NCBI GenBank assembly: GCA_015680685.1
Contig: MNCI01000614.1
Span: 469,655-533,654 of the forward strand
DNA length: 64,000 nucleotides
Reading direction: 5' to 3'
DNA from: Gnetum montanum
Taxonomy: Eukaryota; Plantae; Gnetophyta
How positions within the stretch are numbered: the stretch's first letter is position 1; every line of letters begins with the position of its first letter. Below the pieces are notes generated by a model that ran no database searches, was not told the DNA's origin, and saw only the letters and a list, made by a program, of their open reading frames with translations. Shown piece by piece: positions 35,801-47,749 of this stretch. The translations under genes were made by a program, and so were the position numbers.

Positions 35801-36248
35801 CTACTGAACGACATGCTAAACTGTAACAAGTAAGATCCCTTATAGTCTTGTTTATGGATCTAAAGTAGTATTTCCTCTTGAGTTGCAGGTACCCTCACTC
35901 CGGATGATCCTATATGACGTCGTGAATGAAGCTTGAAACAACGAGTTGCAAACCATCAACCTCGGCCTAGTGGAGGAAGAACACGTGTAGATGCTAAGAC
36001 ACATCGAGCACTACCAGAGTGAACAACAGCAGAAGCACCATGCAGACCCGCATCGATGGCTAGTGCAAAAGGAATACCTTGTCCTCAAGGCCGTTTGTGA
36101 TCACATGAGTAAATTCTTAGCCAACTGGGAAGGACCTTACATGGTCACTAAAGCCTTTGAGAATGGAGCCTTCAAACTGGCGGACATGGACAACAACGAG
36201 GTCTTCAGCCTGGTGAACCACACGTACCTCAAGTTGTACTACATATGA
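32847..36248 (+). pseudogene. pol: pol of element B (RT, RNase H, archaeal-type RNase H, integrase)
   Basis: MPFGLKNAGATYQRAM, YVDD (~33639), LHFDG...TNNVEEYEGLL...IRGDSQLVVNQ, HEGLCGGH...CDTCQ, WGLDLIGP, TDNGPQF, NWEGPY; interrupted by nonsense codons. Confidence 0.97.
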
Positions 36249-36309
36249 AGTGCAATGACAACAACAAGCACCATCCTCTATAAATTGGTAGTCACACCAG
36301 GCAGCGTTC

Positions 36310-36540
36310 GTAATGACAATAAACTAGCAACATCAAGCAGCATCCGGCACGACGTTAAACTAGCGGCAACCATTCGCTACGATGTAAAACTGGTACTATT
36401 AGTCCACTATGACTATAAAATGGCATTGCATGTCCACTACGATGTAAAAATGGCATGTACAGTGTACTGGGACCTTAAACCAGCACAGCGGTCCACTGGG
36501 ATCTTAAACCAGCATAGCGGTCTACCAAGACCTTAAACTA
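36310..36540 (+). repeat. ~30-bp degenerate tandem repeats after the integrase stop of B
   Basis: Units such as GTCCACTACGATGTAAAACTGGCA and GGACCTTAAACCAGCA. Confidence 0.75.
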
Positions 36541-37512
36541 TGTTCGCATCACATCCCCAACATGCACTAGCACCAGATACACACCGAACGAGTGGGTGCG
36601 ATGCTAATAAGTGGGTGGGATGTTGTAGCTTTGGAACATCATTCATGACACACTGTGAACGTGGTCCAACACATATGCGACACCGCCACCCTTGGCATCA
36701 TGCTAACTCTCCAAAGACACTGTATGGCTTCACGCTAACCCTCCAAACCTATCGTCGCCATGGCCCATCACCTTGACGGTAGTTCTTGGGTTAGCTCCCA
36801 CATCTGGAGTGCCAGTAGTATTGTGGCCCAGCCATAATATTATTTCTTCAGCTCCCTGCCAATGCTTGGGCTTGCACAACGTTAGCTATGTGGCAACTAA
36901 TCCCATGGCTGAACCAAGAATGCAAACTTCTAGCAAGGATTCCAGGGCATCTGCACCCAACTCCTCCATGTCAGCATTACCATGGCTGCTGCTGGCCTTC
37001 CTACTTTGGGCATCTCACACCAGCAACGATGCCCAAGAGTAACAACAATGCCAACAGCCAACAAGACCTTGTCCCCGCAAACGCATCTCGCTACAACAGC
37101 GAACGTTACACTGTCGCGAAGCGAGTGCCTCGACTAACATGGCTATTTGAGAGTGCAAACTCCAGCACGTGCGCAACACAACTTGCCATATGGAAGGTGT
37201 TCGTAGGTAGGTCAAAGCCCTTCACGGATGTAACGAAACTCATCCAACGAAGGGAGCACCTATCCTACAAGAGGTTGAAGAACAGCGCCAGCCAAAGATG
37301 AAAACACAAACGAGCCCCTCAAAGCATTCCGACAAGGGACTTGGCTAAACATCATCTTTTCTCTCTACCTTAACCTCTGCAAAACCAATGTAACACACTC
37401 AAGCACGGCCAAGTGACATCTCAACACTCATCAAGTGACAACCTTAGCATTTCGCTTGCTAAGGTGTTTTGTATTCTTTGCCGACGTCCATCTAGCCTGT
37501 TCTCCAGACATT

Positions 37513-37524
37513 GAAAAAGAGGGG
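37513..37524 (+). promoter_or_regulatory. Polypurine tract of B
   Basis: GAAAAAGAGGGG, 4 nt before the 3' LTR. Confidence 0.85.
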
Positions 37525-37528
37525 CTAA

Positions 37529-39229
37529 TAAAACACCCTAAAATGTGAGGTCATCCTTGCTTCACTAGGCTCTTACAGTCTGCGCAGCACTATGGCATTT
37601 CATCAGGAAGAGAACGTTCTGAGTCCAAGCTGGCCAGTTCAGAAAATTTTCTACATTGAGCATGGACAGGTTCTGTACCATCCTGCCTACCCACCAAAGT
37701 AGCCTAAACAGCTGGCAACCTGCTCAGAAACAGTGTGCGGAATTGGCAGCAGCATTTTGGATGCGCAAGAAAAATTTCGGTAAGTTTTCTAAGTCATGAA
37801 GCCTACTGCGATACGCTATGCTATGTAGCATAGCAAGCTTCAGAAGACGATGGCAAAATGAAGTGCTACGCTACATGACGTCACACAGCGTAGCATGGCA
37901 ATGACTTCACTACCCACTCCCCTTACCCAATTTTGGATTTTGCAGTAATGTCTTTTCCATCAGGAAGCGGCGGACCATGTCTGCTGCTATGCTACGTTGA
38001 GCTACATGATGCAGTAAGGCATAGCAATCCTACAGAAGAGAGAGAAGGCAGTTCGAAAGGTAGAGTCAATGGAGTTCGCAAGACTTGCATCGCAAGAGAT
38101 AAGGTTTGCAAATCAGCAAAGCTTTCGTGACTAAGGTAAGTTTCTATGCTACGCTATGCTATGTAGCATAGCATAGCGTAGCAAGTATGTGACATATAGA
38201 AAAACGTGTGACAAAGTGCTACGCTACGTCAAGCATGCTACATCACAAAGCACAGCAAGGCATACAGGTGGTTTTGCAACATCAATGCACTCCACCTAAT
38301 TGGACCATTGGCACATGTCTCCAAATGATGATGGCACAATTACAGTGTAGTAGGATTGCAATTATTGCATACAAGTTCGCATCGCAATGGTCTTGTAGAT
38401 CCAATGGTCACAAACGACACGAGTGGTGCTAGCAAGACAACCAAGGCCTGAGGCACATAACATTCAAACCACCCCTTTTGCATGTCCTAGGTCCTACAAA
38501 TACCCCAGAAAATAGCATGCAAAGAGGTCTGTAATTTTTAAAAGTTGGAAATTTCAAAAGAGTTCGCATCTTTCTTGAAGTAGACAGCTTCCAAGTGGTG
38601 GGAACTTTGAAATTCTGAAACAAAGATTTCCCCTCTTTCTAGCATTGTAATATCAAAGTTATTTGTCTAACACTATAAACAACGACTCTCTCTCGGTTGG
38701 CATGAGGTACCTGTCTCCATTCTACCACCTTCATGAACCCCGCATTGTTTGTACATGAGTCCATTTCCAAGCGCATAGCTCTTTTTTCTCGGCATGCCTT
38801 GGTTACCCTTGGGATTTCTGCACTCCGTCACACTATGCAACCAATTGTATCCACCCTAACCAAGGGAGTTTGTAGCTTTGGAGCAGTGCATGTTTCGAGC
38901 CACACTTTACTTTATCTCTCATTTTTCATCTCATTTTTGCATTATTTTCTATCTTATTTACCTTTAAGCATTACTTCGTATTATTGTCGCATTTTTATAG
39001 TTTCTCCCCTGCTTCATTTACCCTTAAGCATTATCTTGCATTTCACATTATTTACATTGAAAAAGGCTATATTGACGCTGATGTAAGTCCCTGTCTGATC
39101 GACCAGACCATTCAAGGCACCCCATGTCCGCACACATCCAGCATGGCCCTCCCACGGATACAAGGTTGGAACTATCATGCCCGCTGACCCCTGGTGTTCT
39201 TTAAGCCACTGACATTTTCGGTCACTACA
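37529..39229 (+). repeat. 3' LTR of element B (1701 bp)
   Basis: TAAAACACCC (TG mutated)...GGTCACTACA followed by the TSD TCAAC; about 9 differences from the 5' LTR in the first 60 aligned nt, mostly transitions. Confidence 0.95.
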
Positions 39230-39234
39230 TCAAC

Positions 39235-41191
39235 CTTGAACACAAACTTAGCATAACATTCATGACCCCTTGGGGTACCTTTTGCCACACTATCATGCCC
39301 TTTGACCTTAAGAACACAAGAGCAACCTATGAATGAGCCATGACTTACATCTTCAGCAATTACATTTTAGGTTTACTTAAGGATTACATAGATGATATAG
39401 TTGTTATGTTCAAAATGGCCAATGACCATGCTAATGACCTAGACCTTGTGCTTAAATGATGCCTTAAGTTTTAACTTAGACTTAATCCTAAAAAGTGTGT
39501 GTTTGGTGTCAAAACAAGTAAAATTCTTGGCTTTGTGATATTAGAAGTAAGGATACATGTTGACCTTATTAAGGTTAAGGCCATATCCAACTTGGCATTA
39601 CCTACTAATGTTAAGGAGATTTGGAGACTATAAGGTACATTACAATTTATTCATAGGTTCATTGCTAGGCATATAGATAAATTACAACCCATGCAATGCT
39701 TGCTTAAGAAAGGAGTTCACTACAAGTGGATGGCCCAATGCCAAGAAGCCTTTGAAAACCTTACGTAAGAGTTGGCACAACTACCAACAATATATCCTTT
39801 GCAAAAGGGTAAATCATTTTATATCTACCTTTCCATCTATGACATGTCTATTGCCTTTCTACTCTATCAAAAACATGATGGTGGAGTAGAAATGTGAGTA
39901 TACTACCTTAGCCATGCATTAGTTTCCCATGAGACCTAATATTCTGAAGTGTAGAAATATTGTCTAGCACTAGTCTTCTCATTGAAGAAGTGAAGATACT
40001 ACCTCTTTAGGAGCCAAGCCAACGTCATTTGGAAAGATAACATACTTAGAGCCATAATGACTAATATTTATGAGAGTAGTCGTATAGCCTGATGAAAAGC
40101 CATAATAGCAAAGTTTAACCTTCATTAGTTTCTTAATCCTTAACAAAAGATCAAGCCATAGCTATACAACTTACCATTTCACCTGTTGATAATGAAGCAA
40201 CTATAAACCTTGAGTTTCCTAATGAACAATTCAAAAACATTAGCCAACTACCTGAGGATTATGAGGTAATCATGTACTTTTTTGGAGCTTCAACTACCCA
40301 TGAGGCTAGTGTCGCTACCATCATAACATTTCCATTTGGTGAAATCTAATCCTTTTCCTATCATTTTGAGTTTTCATGCACCAATAACATAGAAAAATAC
40401 AAGAGTTTGATCAAAGGAATGATGGTAGCTCATGACTTAGGAATTAAGCATTTGATAATTAAGGGTGATTCACAACTTATGGTCAACCAAATAACCAAGG
40501 TTTACACATGTAAATCCAAACATTTACAACCTTACTGAGACTTAGGGAAGCAATTGCTACAACCATTTATTGATGTGGATATCCAACACATACCTAAGAA
40601 TGAGAATGCCATAGTTGATGCAATTGCAATGTTAGCCCTTAGTGTTACACTAGATGTATTTAGTAAGTTTTCCACCTTAACCATGGACTATGCTACATCC
40701 ATCACGTAGAGTGCTGAGGATGCCTTTATAGCCATTATTCATACTACTTCTCCCAGGGAGTGCTATGATGATATCAAATTTTACCTTATGCATGGTGAAT
40801 CCTCACAAATCCTAACTACTACTCAAAAGGACATTGTATGTAAATGATCAAAGTAGTATGTCATCGTAGGTGATAACATATTATGTTGATGATCCTATGA
40901 TGTTGTATTGTTAAAGTGCTTTGGTAAAACTAAAGCTAGAATAGTCCTAGAGGAGGTTCATGTGGGTGTTTGTGGGGGACATATAGGACCTAGAGCCATG
41001 GTTAGTAAGATTAGATAGTTAATCTATTATTGGCCCCATATGAAATGGGACTACCTTCAAAAGGTTAAATGCTATGACACATGCCAATGACATAGCAAGC
41101 TCATAGACGTACCACCAACTAACTTGCATATCATTGAGATAACTTGGTCATTACAATGAGGAGGATTAGATATCATTAAACCTATAACACC
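39235..41191 (+). pseudogene. pol: Element C pol, continued (RT C-terminus, RH, aRH, integrase N-terminus)
   Basis: TFMTPWGTFC, YIDD (~39385), LNPKKCVFG, IKGDSQLMVNQ, HVGVCGGH, GLDIIKPITP; heavily mutated. Confidence 0.92.
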
Positions 41192-42805
41192 TGAAACACC
41201 ATGAAATTCAAGCTACCATGATTTTCTACAAATGTTTCTAAGTGTCAACATGAGGTAAATGTTTTCTAAGTGTTGGGACTATGCTCTCCACTATACTAAA
41301 GTGTTGTTAGCCCAATAGAGAGTGTATTCAACACTAGAGGTCAATTTTGCAAATTTTCCTAGGTGTTAAGCCAATAGCAATAGAATGTGGTTGGCATGGA
41401 AGAAATAGTTTGACAAAATTTTCTAACTATTAAGACTATTCTCTCCATTAGACTACAACATAGTCACACATAGACAACATCAAGGCCTAGTTTTTTGCAG
41501 TTTTTTCTAACTATTGAGACTACGCTCTCCACTATCATGGAGCGTAGTCAAGCATAGTCAACTAAAAGCTAGATTTTGCAAAAAAAATTTCTAAGTGCTA
41601 AGACTACACTCACCCTCAATCAGGAGCATAGTCAACCTCCCCTAGAACATATTTAGCACAAAGCCACCTTTTTGCAAGATTAGTCTAAGTGTTGGACTAT
41701 GCTCTCCACTAGTCCAAAGCATAGTTAGGCATAGATATGCCAAACAACCTTCAAAGGCCTTCACAATGTAGCACTAGCATTCACATCAACTCCAACACAC
41801 CTTTGGCAAGAAGCATGCATCTTTTTGGTACCCCCTTTGTCCCAAAATTGTAACTACACTCGACACCACTTGAGATGGTGGACAACATACTTCCAAAGCA
41901 TAGTCTCCAAACTCACATTTTTTTTTCATTTTTGTTAGGTACATTGTAGTCTTTCTAGCACACAAACATGCAATTGGCAATGTATTCACAGTCTAGTAGT
42001 CTTTCAGAGTCCTTTGGAGCACACCAAAGCATAGCACTATTTGCTTCAGTGGAGAGTGTAGGTGGATATAGCATAGTTCCAATTGTTCCATTGCCACATG
42101 GCAACCAATCTACATTTCATAGGAAACATAGCCCTATAAATATCCCCATCCTTAACATTTTAGTGGTTGGAAAAAATTTTAGTTGGAAAATTTGAAATTA
42201 GCTTGGCATTTTTGGCATTTGGCAGTTTGGCATCTAAGCAAGGCAAGGCACCAAACACCACTATAGTACACCACAAACCATCGCAATCCACTGCACATTA
42301 TGGTGGCCAAGCTTGTAGGCATAGACACCATAGTAGAACATCCTTCTTTGTGGCTAGATACCCCAAGACTATGACTATGCTATTCACTACACCTACTATA
42401 CACTATATACCTTCACTCCTTCTAAGGTTAACTATGCTTGACCCTGTTTGGGGTGGTGCAACTTCCTTTCTCACACTTTCCCTATGCATTTTTAGAAATT
42501 TTATATGAATTTTAGCATTGTAGTTGCATTTTTCCACTATTTTTACATGTAACTATGCATTGGCACCTTTACTTTCGGTAGAAATCCTTGACTACACTCA
42601 CGCCTATTGACACCATGAATACTACATAAACACATTAGTACTGTTTTGGCATTGCATCCTATAAGTCCCCATTTGATCAACAAGACCATTCTAAGCATCT
42701 TGTCTCCACCTCTAGGAGGCCCTCACATGGATGTGGTATTAAAGCTATGCTCTTGCAAACCTTTCAGTGTTCCCATTCCAACCTCCAACATTTTTGGTCA
42801 CTATA
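41192..42805 (+). repeat. 5' LTR of element D
   Basis: TGAAACACC...TTTTGGTCACTATA; the first ~460 nt match 58028-58490; TATAAATA at ~42135. Confidence 0.9.
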
Positions 42806-42812
42806 GTTTTTC

Positions 42813-42829
42813 TGACACTAGAAGGAGGG
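42813..42829 (+). promoter_or_regulatory. Primer binding site (tRNA-Asn-like) of element D
   Basis: TGACACTAGAAGGAGGG. Confidence 0.8.
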
Positions 42830-43129
42830 CCAAATCTATTTTCCTCTTTTCAACTCTATTGACCATTGTCTTGTGTGCTCTCTACATCACCATTGCTAGC
42901 TGCAAGCTAGTGTAGAGCCAACAATCCTATGGACTTGCCTCATGCAGTAACTAAATCTTAGGCCAACACTGGCGTTGTCTATAAACTAGTTGGTGTAGAC
43001 TAGATCCCATTGTTAATTTCCCTGGAACCCCACATAGAAACCCCAAAGTTTTTCTTCCTTATACTTAGCTAAATTCTAGGTGCTCTCAGTGGAGAGCGTA
43101 GTTGGCTCTCAACATTGATAGCATTATCT

Positions 43130-43310
43130 CTAGACTTGACCATTTTTTTCATGATTTTCAAGACTTAGCCATTTTCTCTAGAGTTAGTCAATTTTTTGTA
43201 GTTTTCAAACTTAATCATTTTTTTCACAATTTTCATACCTTTCCATTTTTCTACAATTTCTAGACTTAGCCATTTTATAGAAATTTTGAAAGTTAGCCAT
43301 TTTTCAGTTA
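43130..43310 (+). repeat. ~30-bp T-rich tandem repeat in the 5'UTR of D
   Basis: About 6-7 units of the form AGACTTAGCCATTTTT...TTTC. Confidence 0.7.
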
Positions 43311-43319
43311 ATTATCACC

Positions 43320-46300
43320 ATGAATTCTGAACAACCTTTTGCATCAATCCCAAGCACACTCATTGTTCTACCTTCCCAGCAAGGAAATAGCATTGACCAC
43401 CTTGTTAGTCCTCCCATTGTAGAGCCAAAATAGTTCCTTAGGCTATGTGAACAAGATCTTGAATACATAATGCTCAACGATGTGTAGTAAAATTTCATTT
43501 GCATAAAATTCCAAGTTGGTCTATTCATAGACCACCAAGATATGAAGTCCAAGAAAGGTTACGAGCTCATCAAGAAAAATATAGGAAACTATGTCCCTTC
43601 CTTTGTTGACTTCATTCCACTCACCAAGCCTTATCAGTTGATGCTTTCTCATCTCATCTGAATGACTGAGTGTGAGGCAAGGATAGATTATGAGGAGCCC
43701 CTGCAAGAAGAGCATGATGAGTTCAAAGCTTGATCTAAGCATGAGGACTCTGTTCATACCTTCTTTCAGTAGACAACCCTTGATCTAGTCCTTCCACGAT
43801 CCTACCCACATGTCTTCCTAGAGATAGTTATAGCTCCAATGTCACCCTCTAGGTTGACACCTATCATGGCAACCCATCAAATGTAGTGTACACACCAAGA
43901 TGTAACACCTTCGATCAACCTGCCCTTTGTGGTATAGTCACAACTTGCCCAATCTTCCCTGCTAGTAACCATCATGCCTACATAGCCCTAGATGCACACC
44001 ATGCATATCCCTTAGCCACAAATGACTCATGCATCCTATGGCTTACTTGTTTCATCTACACCTTTAGTAGTGGCCCAACCCACACACACATGGTTTGCCC
44101 CAGTCATTCTACCGCAGTGACACCAACATAGTAAGCATCCCGTGTGGTCCCATAACCTATGGCCAGGTTGTGGACCACCTAACCAACATAGCAGGTAGTG
44201 TAAGCAATATAGCCTAGTACCACATCTCAAGGCTTGGATCAAGCATTCTAGTTTATCTAAACCTTAATATAAGAGGTCAAGTGGCTAAAGGCCACCTCCT
44301 TTGAAACTATTCATGAGGTGGAATTCTATCAAGAAAATCCCATAAGTCCTACTATTCCACCACTAACTCTCCAAACAAGGATCTCACTTCCTCACTTTAC
44401 CAAGAACAATAGTGAAGGGGATCCTAATTCTCACCTCATGACATTCTTGTCCAAATGCTTGCTACTGTAGGCATGGCCACACACCATCATACATGTGTTT
44501 GCCATGTCCCTTACTAGCAAGGCACTTGATTAGTACCGAGAATTATCTAGGACCTCCATCTCCTCTCTAGAGGATTTGCTTAGCCAATTTGTCACATTCT
44601 TCTAGTATAACTTGAATCCAAAAAGCACCCTTGACTAGCTTATGCAAATCAAGCAAGGCCATTTAAAGCCTATGTAGAAGTTTATCCAATGCTAGATCAC
44701 TTCACTACATGAAATCCATAAGCCAATCACTAAAATGCATCTTCTGAAAATCTTCAAGGGTGTAGTCAATGACTTTTTTAAGTCAAAATTGTACTATCTA
44801 GCCTTGTAGTCCTTGAGCCAAGCATATGCATAAACAAAGAGCATACAGGACATGACGAAAGTTAGTAAGGACCTGGTGTATGTGGCCTATAAGAACTTGC
44901 TCATGAAGAAGAAGAAGGACAAGGGCAAAGAAGCTACAACTATGGCAACTATGGTGAATGAAGTTAAAGCCACAAACCCAAAGCTGACAACCAAGCTATC
45001 CAAGGCCTAGACCAACAACAAGACTGTCAGCCCTAGAACTACAACAACAAACTAATCTATGCCATCTGCAATCATAGAACAAGAGGCTTCAAGGCCCAAC
45101 ATTGTGTGCAAGGATTACTCAAAGTACACCTTGCTACCCCTAAAATCATTGGAACTACCAGAACAACTGCTCAAGACTGGATGCATCCAATACAAGAAAA
45201 TGTTCAAAGATTCTCACAAAAGATACAACAGATACCGCAAGCTCTTGAAGAATTCCTTGGTTGTAGCCCCAAATAAGTCTCTAGTCCTCAAGCACTTTAG
45301 GCTAGACTAGTTTTACCACTATCATTAGTTTCCTGGCCACAACACTAACTTTTGCATGGCCTTGGAGGATGACTTACAATAGATGATTGACAAGGGTGAG
45401 TTGGTGCTCAATGACACTAACCCAATTTCACCCATAGAACCAATTGATGAGGGTATACAAGGATCCTCTCAACAAAAATTATGTAGGGTATGCCATCAAT
45501 ACCATCAATGTTGATGATAACCTAGAATAGGTGTAGTGACCATTTATGATTTGCATGCCCTCTAGCAACACAGGGGCCCTCTCGACCTCCACCAGTTCGA
45601 TGTTCCCATTTTTTTTCAAAGTGTTGCCTTAGGCATCCCTAACACCTTTTATGGTTAGGGTCCCATAGGAAATTGGAGCAGTAACAACCCAATCATCCTT
45701 TGTCATTAGGATGCTGCAACATGCTAGTTCTTTCCCTACCCACAGTCTAGTGGTGGAAAATGCATCAGTCCCTACCCATCAAAGGTCCCATCCTACAAGA
45801 AATGCTATCAATCCATCTAGATGGTAACCCAGAAGGCCTAATGAGTGGCTCACTAATAAAATGCTTAGGTAATACTAGGAGCAAAGAGTACTAGGTTTTC
45901 CCAAAATAATCCCCTTGTCCGTAGTCCACATGGCTAAAACAATCAAAAATGCCACTACTAGAAAGCCACAAGCAAGGACCAAGGCTTCCAAATAGGCTAT
46001 GCAAACCAAGCCTAAATCTTCTCCATAAGAGATCCATCTCCTAGGACATATGGAGAAGCTCAAGGCTAACAAAATGAAAAACACATGCAAAGACTTCCTA
46101 GACACATTAGCCCAAGTGAAGTAAGCCTTAAAGTAGAAAAACACAACGCTGAGCATTTATGACCTCATTATGACCTCCTCTACCCACCATGAAGCACTAG
46201 TTCACATGTTAACCTCCATTCCTATCAAGGAGGACATCCCAACCAATGAATACTCCATCCATGCTATGATGTTTCCTCTTGTACTACAAGAATCAAACTC

Positions 46301-47010
46301 AACAACCCTCGCATTTCATAACAAGGAAATTACGGTTGACTCTGAGAAGGATTAGGTCATCATAACATCCATGTTTATCATAATATGCATTGCATAATGT
46401 AATATCCATAAGGTACATGTTGATGATAGGGCAGCAGCAAACATCATCCCATACATTGTCATTGATAAACTAGCCCTTGCTAAGTAGAACAAACCCATAA
46501 CTTCCTAAAGTCCTTTAATAGATCACATGTTTTTGTTAGGGGCACCATCAAAATAGCTTTCATGGTAGGAAAAGAGTTCCCCATAACTACTAAATTCATC
46601 ATGGTAGAGCAGATTCCAAGCTTCAACCTAATCTTGGGTAGGCCTTGGTTGGCCCAATTATGAGTCGTCTACTCTTCCATTTATCAAGAAATCCACCATC
46701 CATACAAAGGTGGTGAGGTCATTATCCACAGTGACAATGTAGTTCCTCTAGCCATTAACAACATTGACATGAAGTAGGGGTTAAAGTTTGAGTTCCTTGA
46801 TGATGCATTCATAGTGAAGGACAATAGTGAAGCGCATAAGGCTGACCCACTTGAGCAAGTGGAAGAAACCAGCAACCTCCCAAAGAATGATTTATGAGTA
46901 GAATTTCCCTTTAACATAGCAAATAAAGGTCAAGGGGAGTACCACATAATACCATCTAGGCCCTATGCATCCCCTAACCTAGACTAGGTTAGAAAGCAAC
47001 TATGCAACTA
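43320..47010 (+). pseudogene. gag: Degenerate gag-protease of element D
   Basis: HFTKNNSEGDPNSHL, AMSLTSKALD, KDKGKE, protease VHVDDRAAANII (~46413) and NLILGRPWL; collinear with B. The start coordinate is approximate. Confidence 0.85.
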
Positions 47011-47749
47011 AGGTGTCCCCTTAGTCTAACACATGCTAGATGCCTACCTATCCTTCACTTGTACATTTAGCTATGCATTTCATTTTTTGTTTACCTTACA
47101 TTTGTCTATGCATTTACATTTAGCCTTATTACTTTAAATATGCATTATTTTCTTTTTTTATGAATTTTTTTACTTTGTTTATGCATTTGGCTTCGTTTAT
47201 GCATTCACTTGTTTAGTTTACCCTTTAGAAATTATTAGCTTATGCTTGAGAACCATAAAAATTAATAGAAATCAAAAAATGCCAAAATCACAAAAGGATA
47301 AATAGCATCACTATGGCCAACCATGGCCTTAAACTAGCAATGTGTGGCCTAAAATGGACTAAAACTACTATGGCCTACCATGACCTTAAACTAGTGACTC
47401 GTAGCCCAAAATGGCCTAAAACTACCATGCTTTGTTTCCTAGCTTGTAGCCAAAAATGGCCTTAAACTAGCAATCATCATTGCCTAAAATGGCCTTAAAC
47501 TAGCATAGACCCTCCTACTATGGCCTTAAACTAGCATGGAACTTGCAATGGCATAGTTACATTATCACCGCATAGTCTTAATTTAGCACATTTACTCATT
47601 GCATAGCAAGCCGATAACAATAAAAACAAAAGTTTATACATTATACACTATATATAGCAAATGCATCCATTACATCTCACATGAATAATAGTACATAGCA
47701 TGAGCATCAGCATCATGTAGTAAAAAATACAACAAAAATGCAAAAATGC

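Larger units (their letters stand above)
20531..39229 (+). mobile_element. Element B: full-length 18.7 kb Tat-group Gypsy LTR retrotransposon
   Basis: LTRs 20531-22224 and 37529-39229; TSD TCAAC at 20526-20530 and 39230-39234; PBS 22231-22247; PPT 37513-37524; gag, protease, RT, RH, aRH and INT present. Confidence 0.97.
14660..41191 (+). mobile_element. Element C: old Tat-group element, 5'-truncated, host of the B and D insertions (own sequence 14660-20530 and 39235-41191)
   Basis: RT reads ...QIRIN|LEHKLSITFMTPWG across the B insertion; integrase reads ...GLDIIKPITP| up to the D LTR. Confidence 0.85.

Noticed and set aside
36255-37301. env-like or extra sense ORF in the 3'UTR of B
   Set aside because: Only short ORFs, partly made of tandem repeats, with no clear conserved peptide in A or D.
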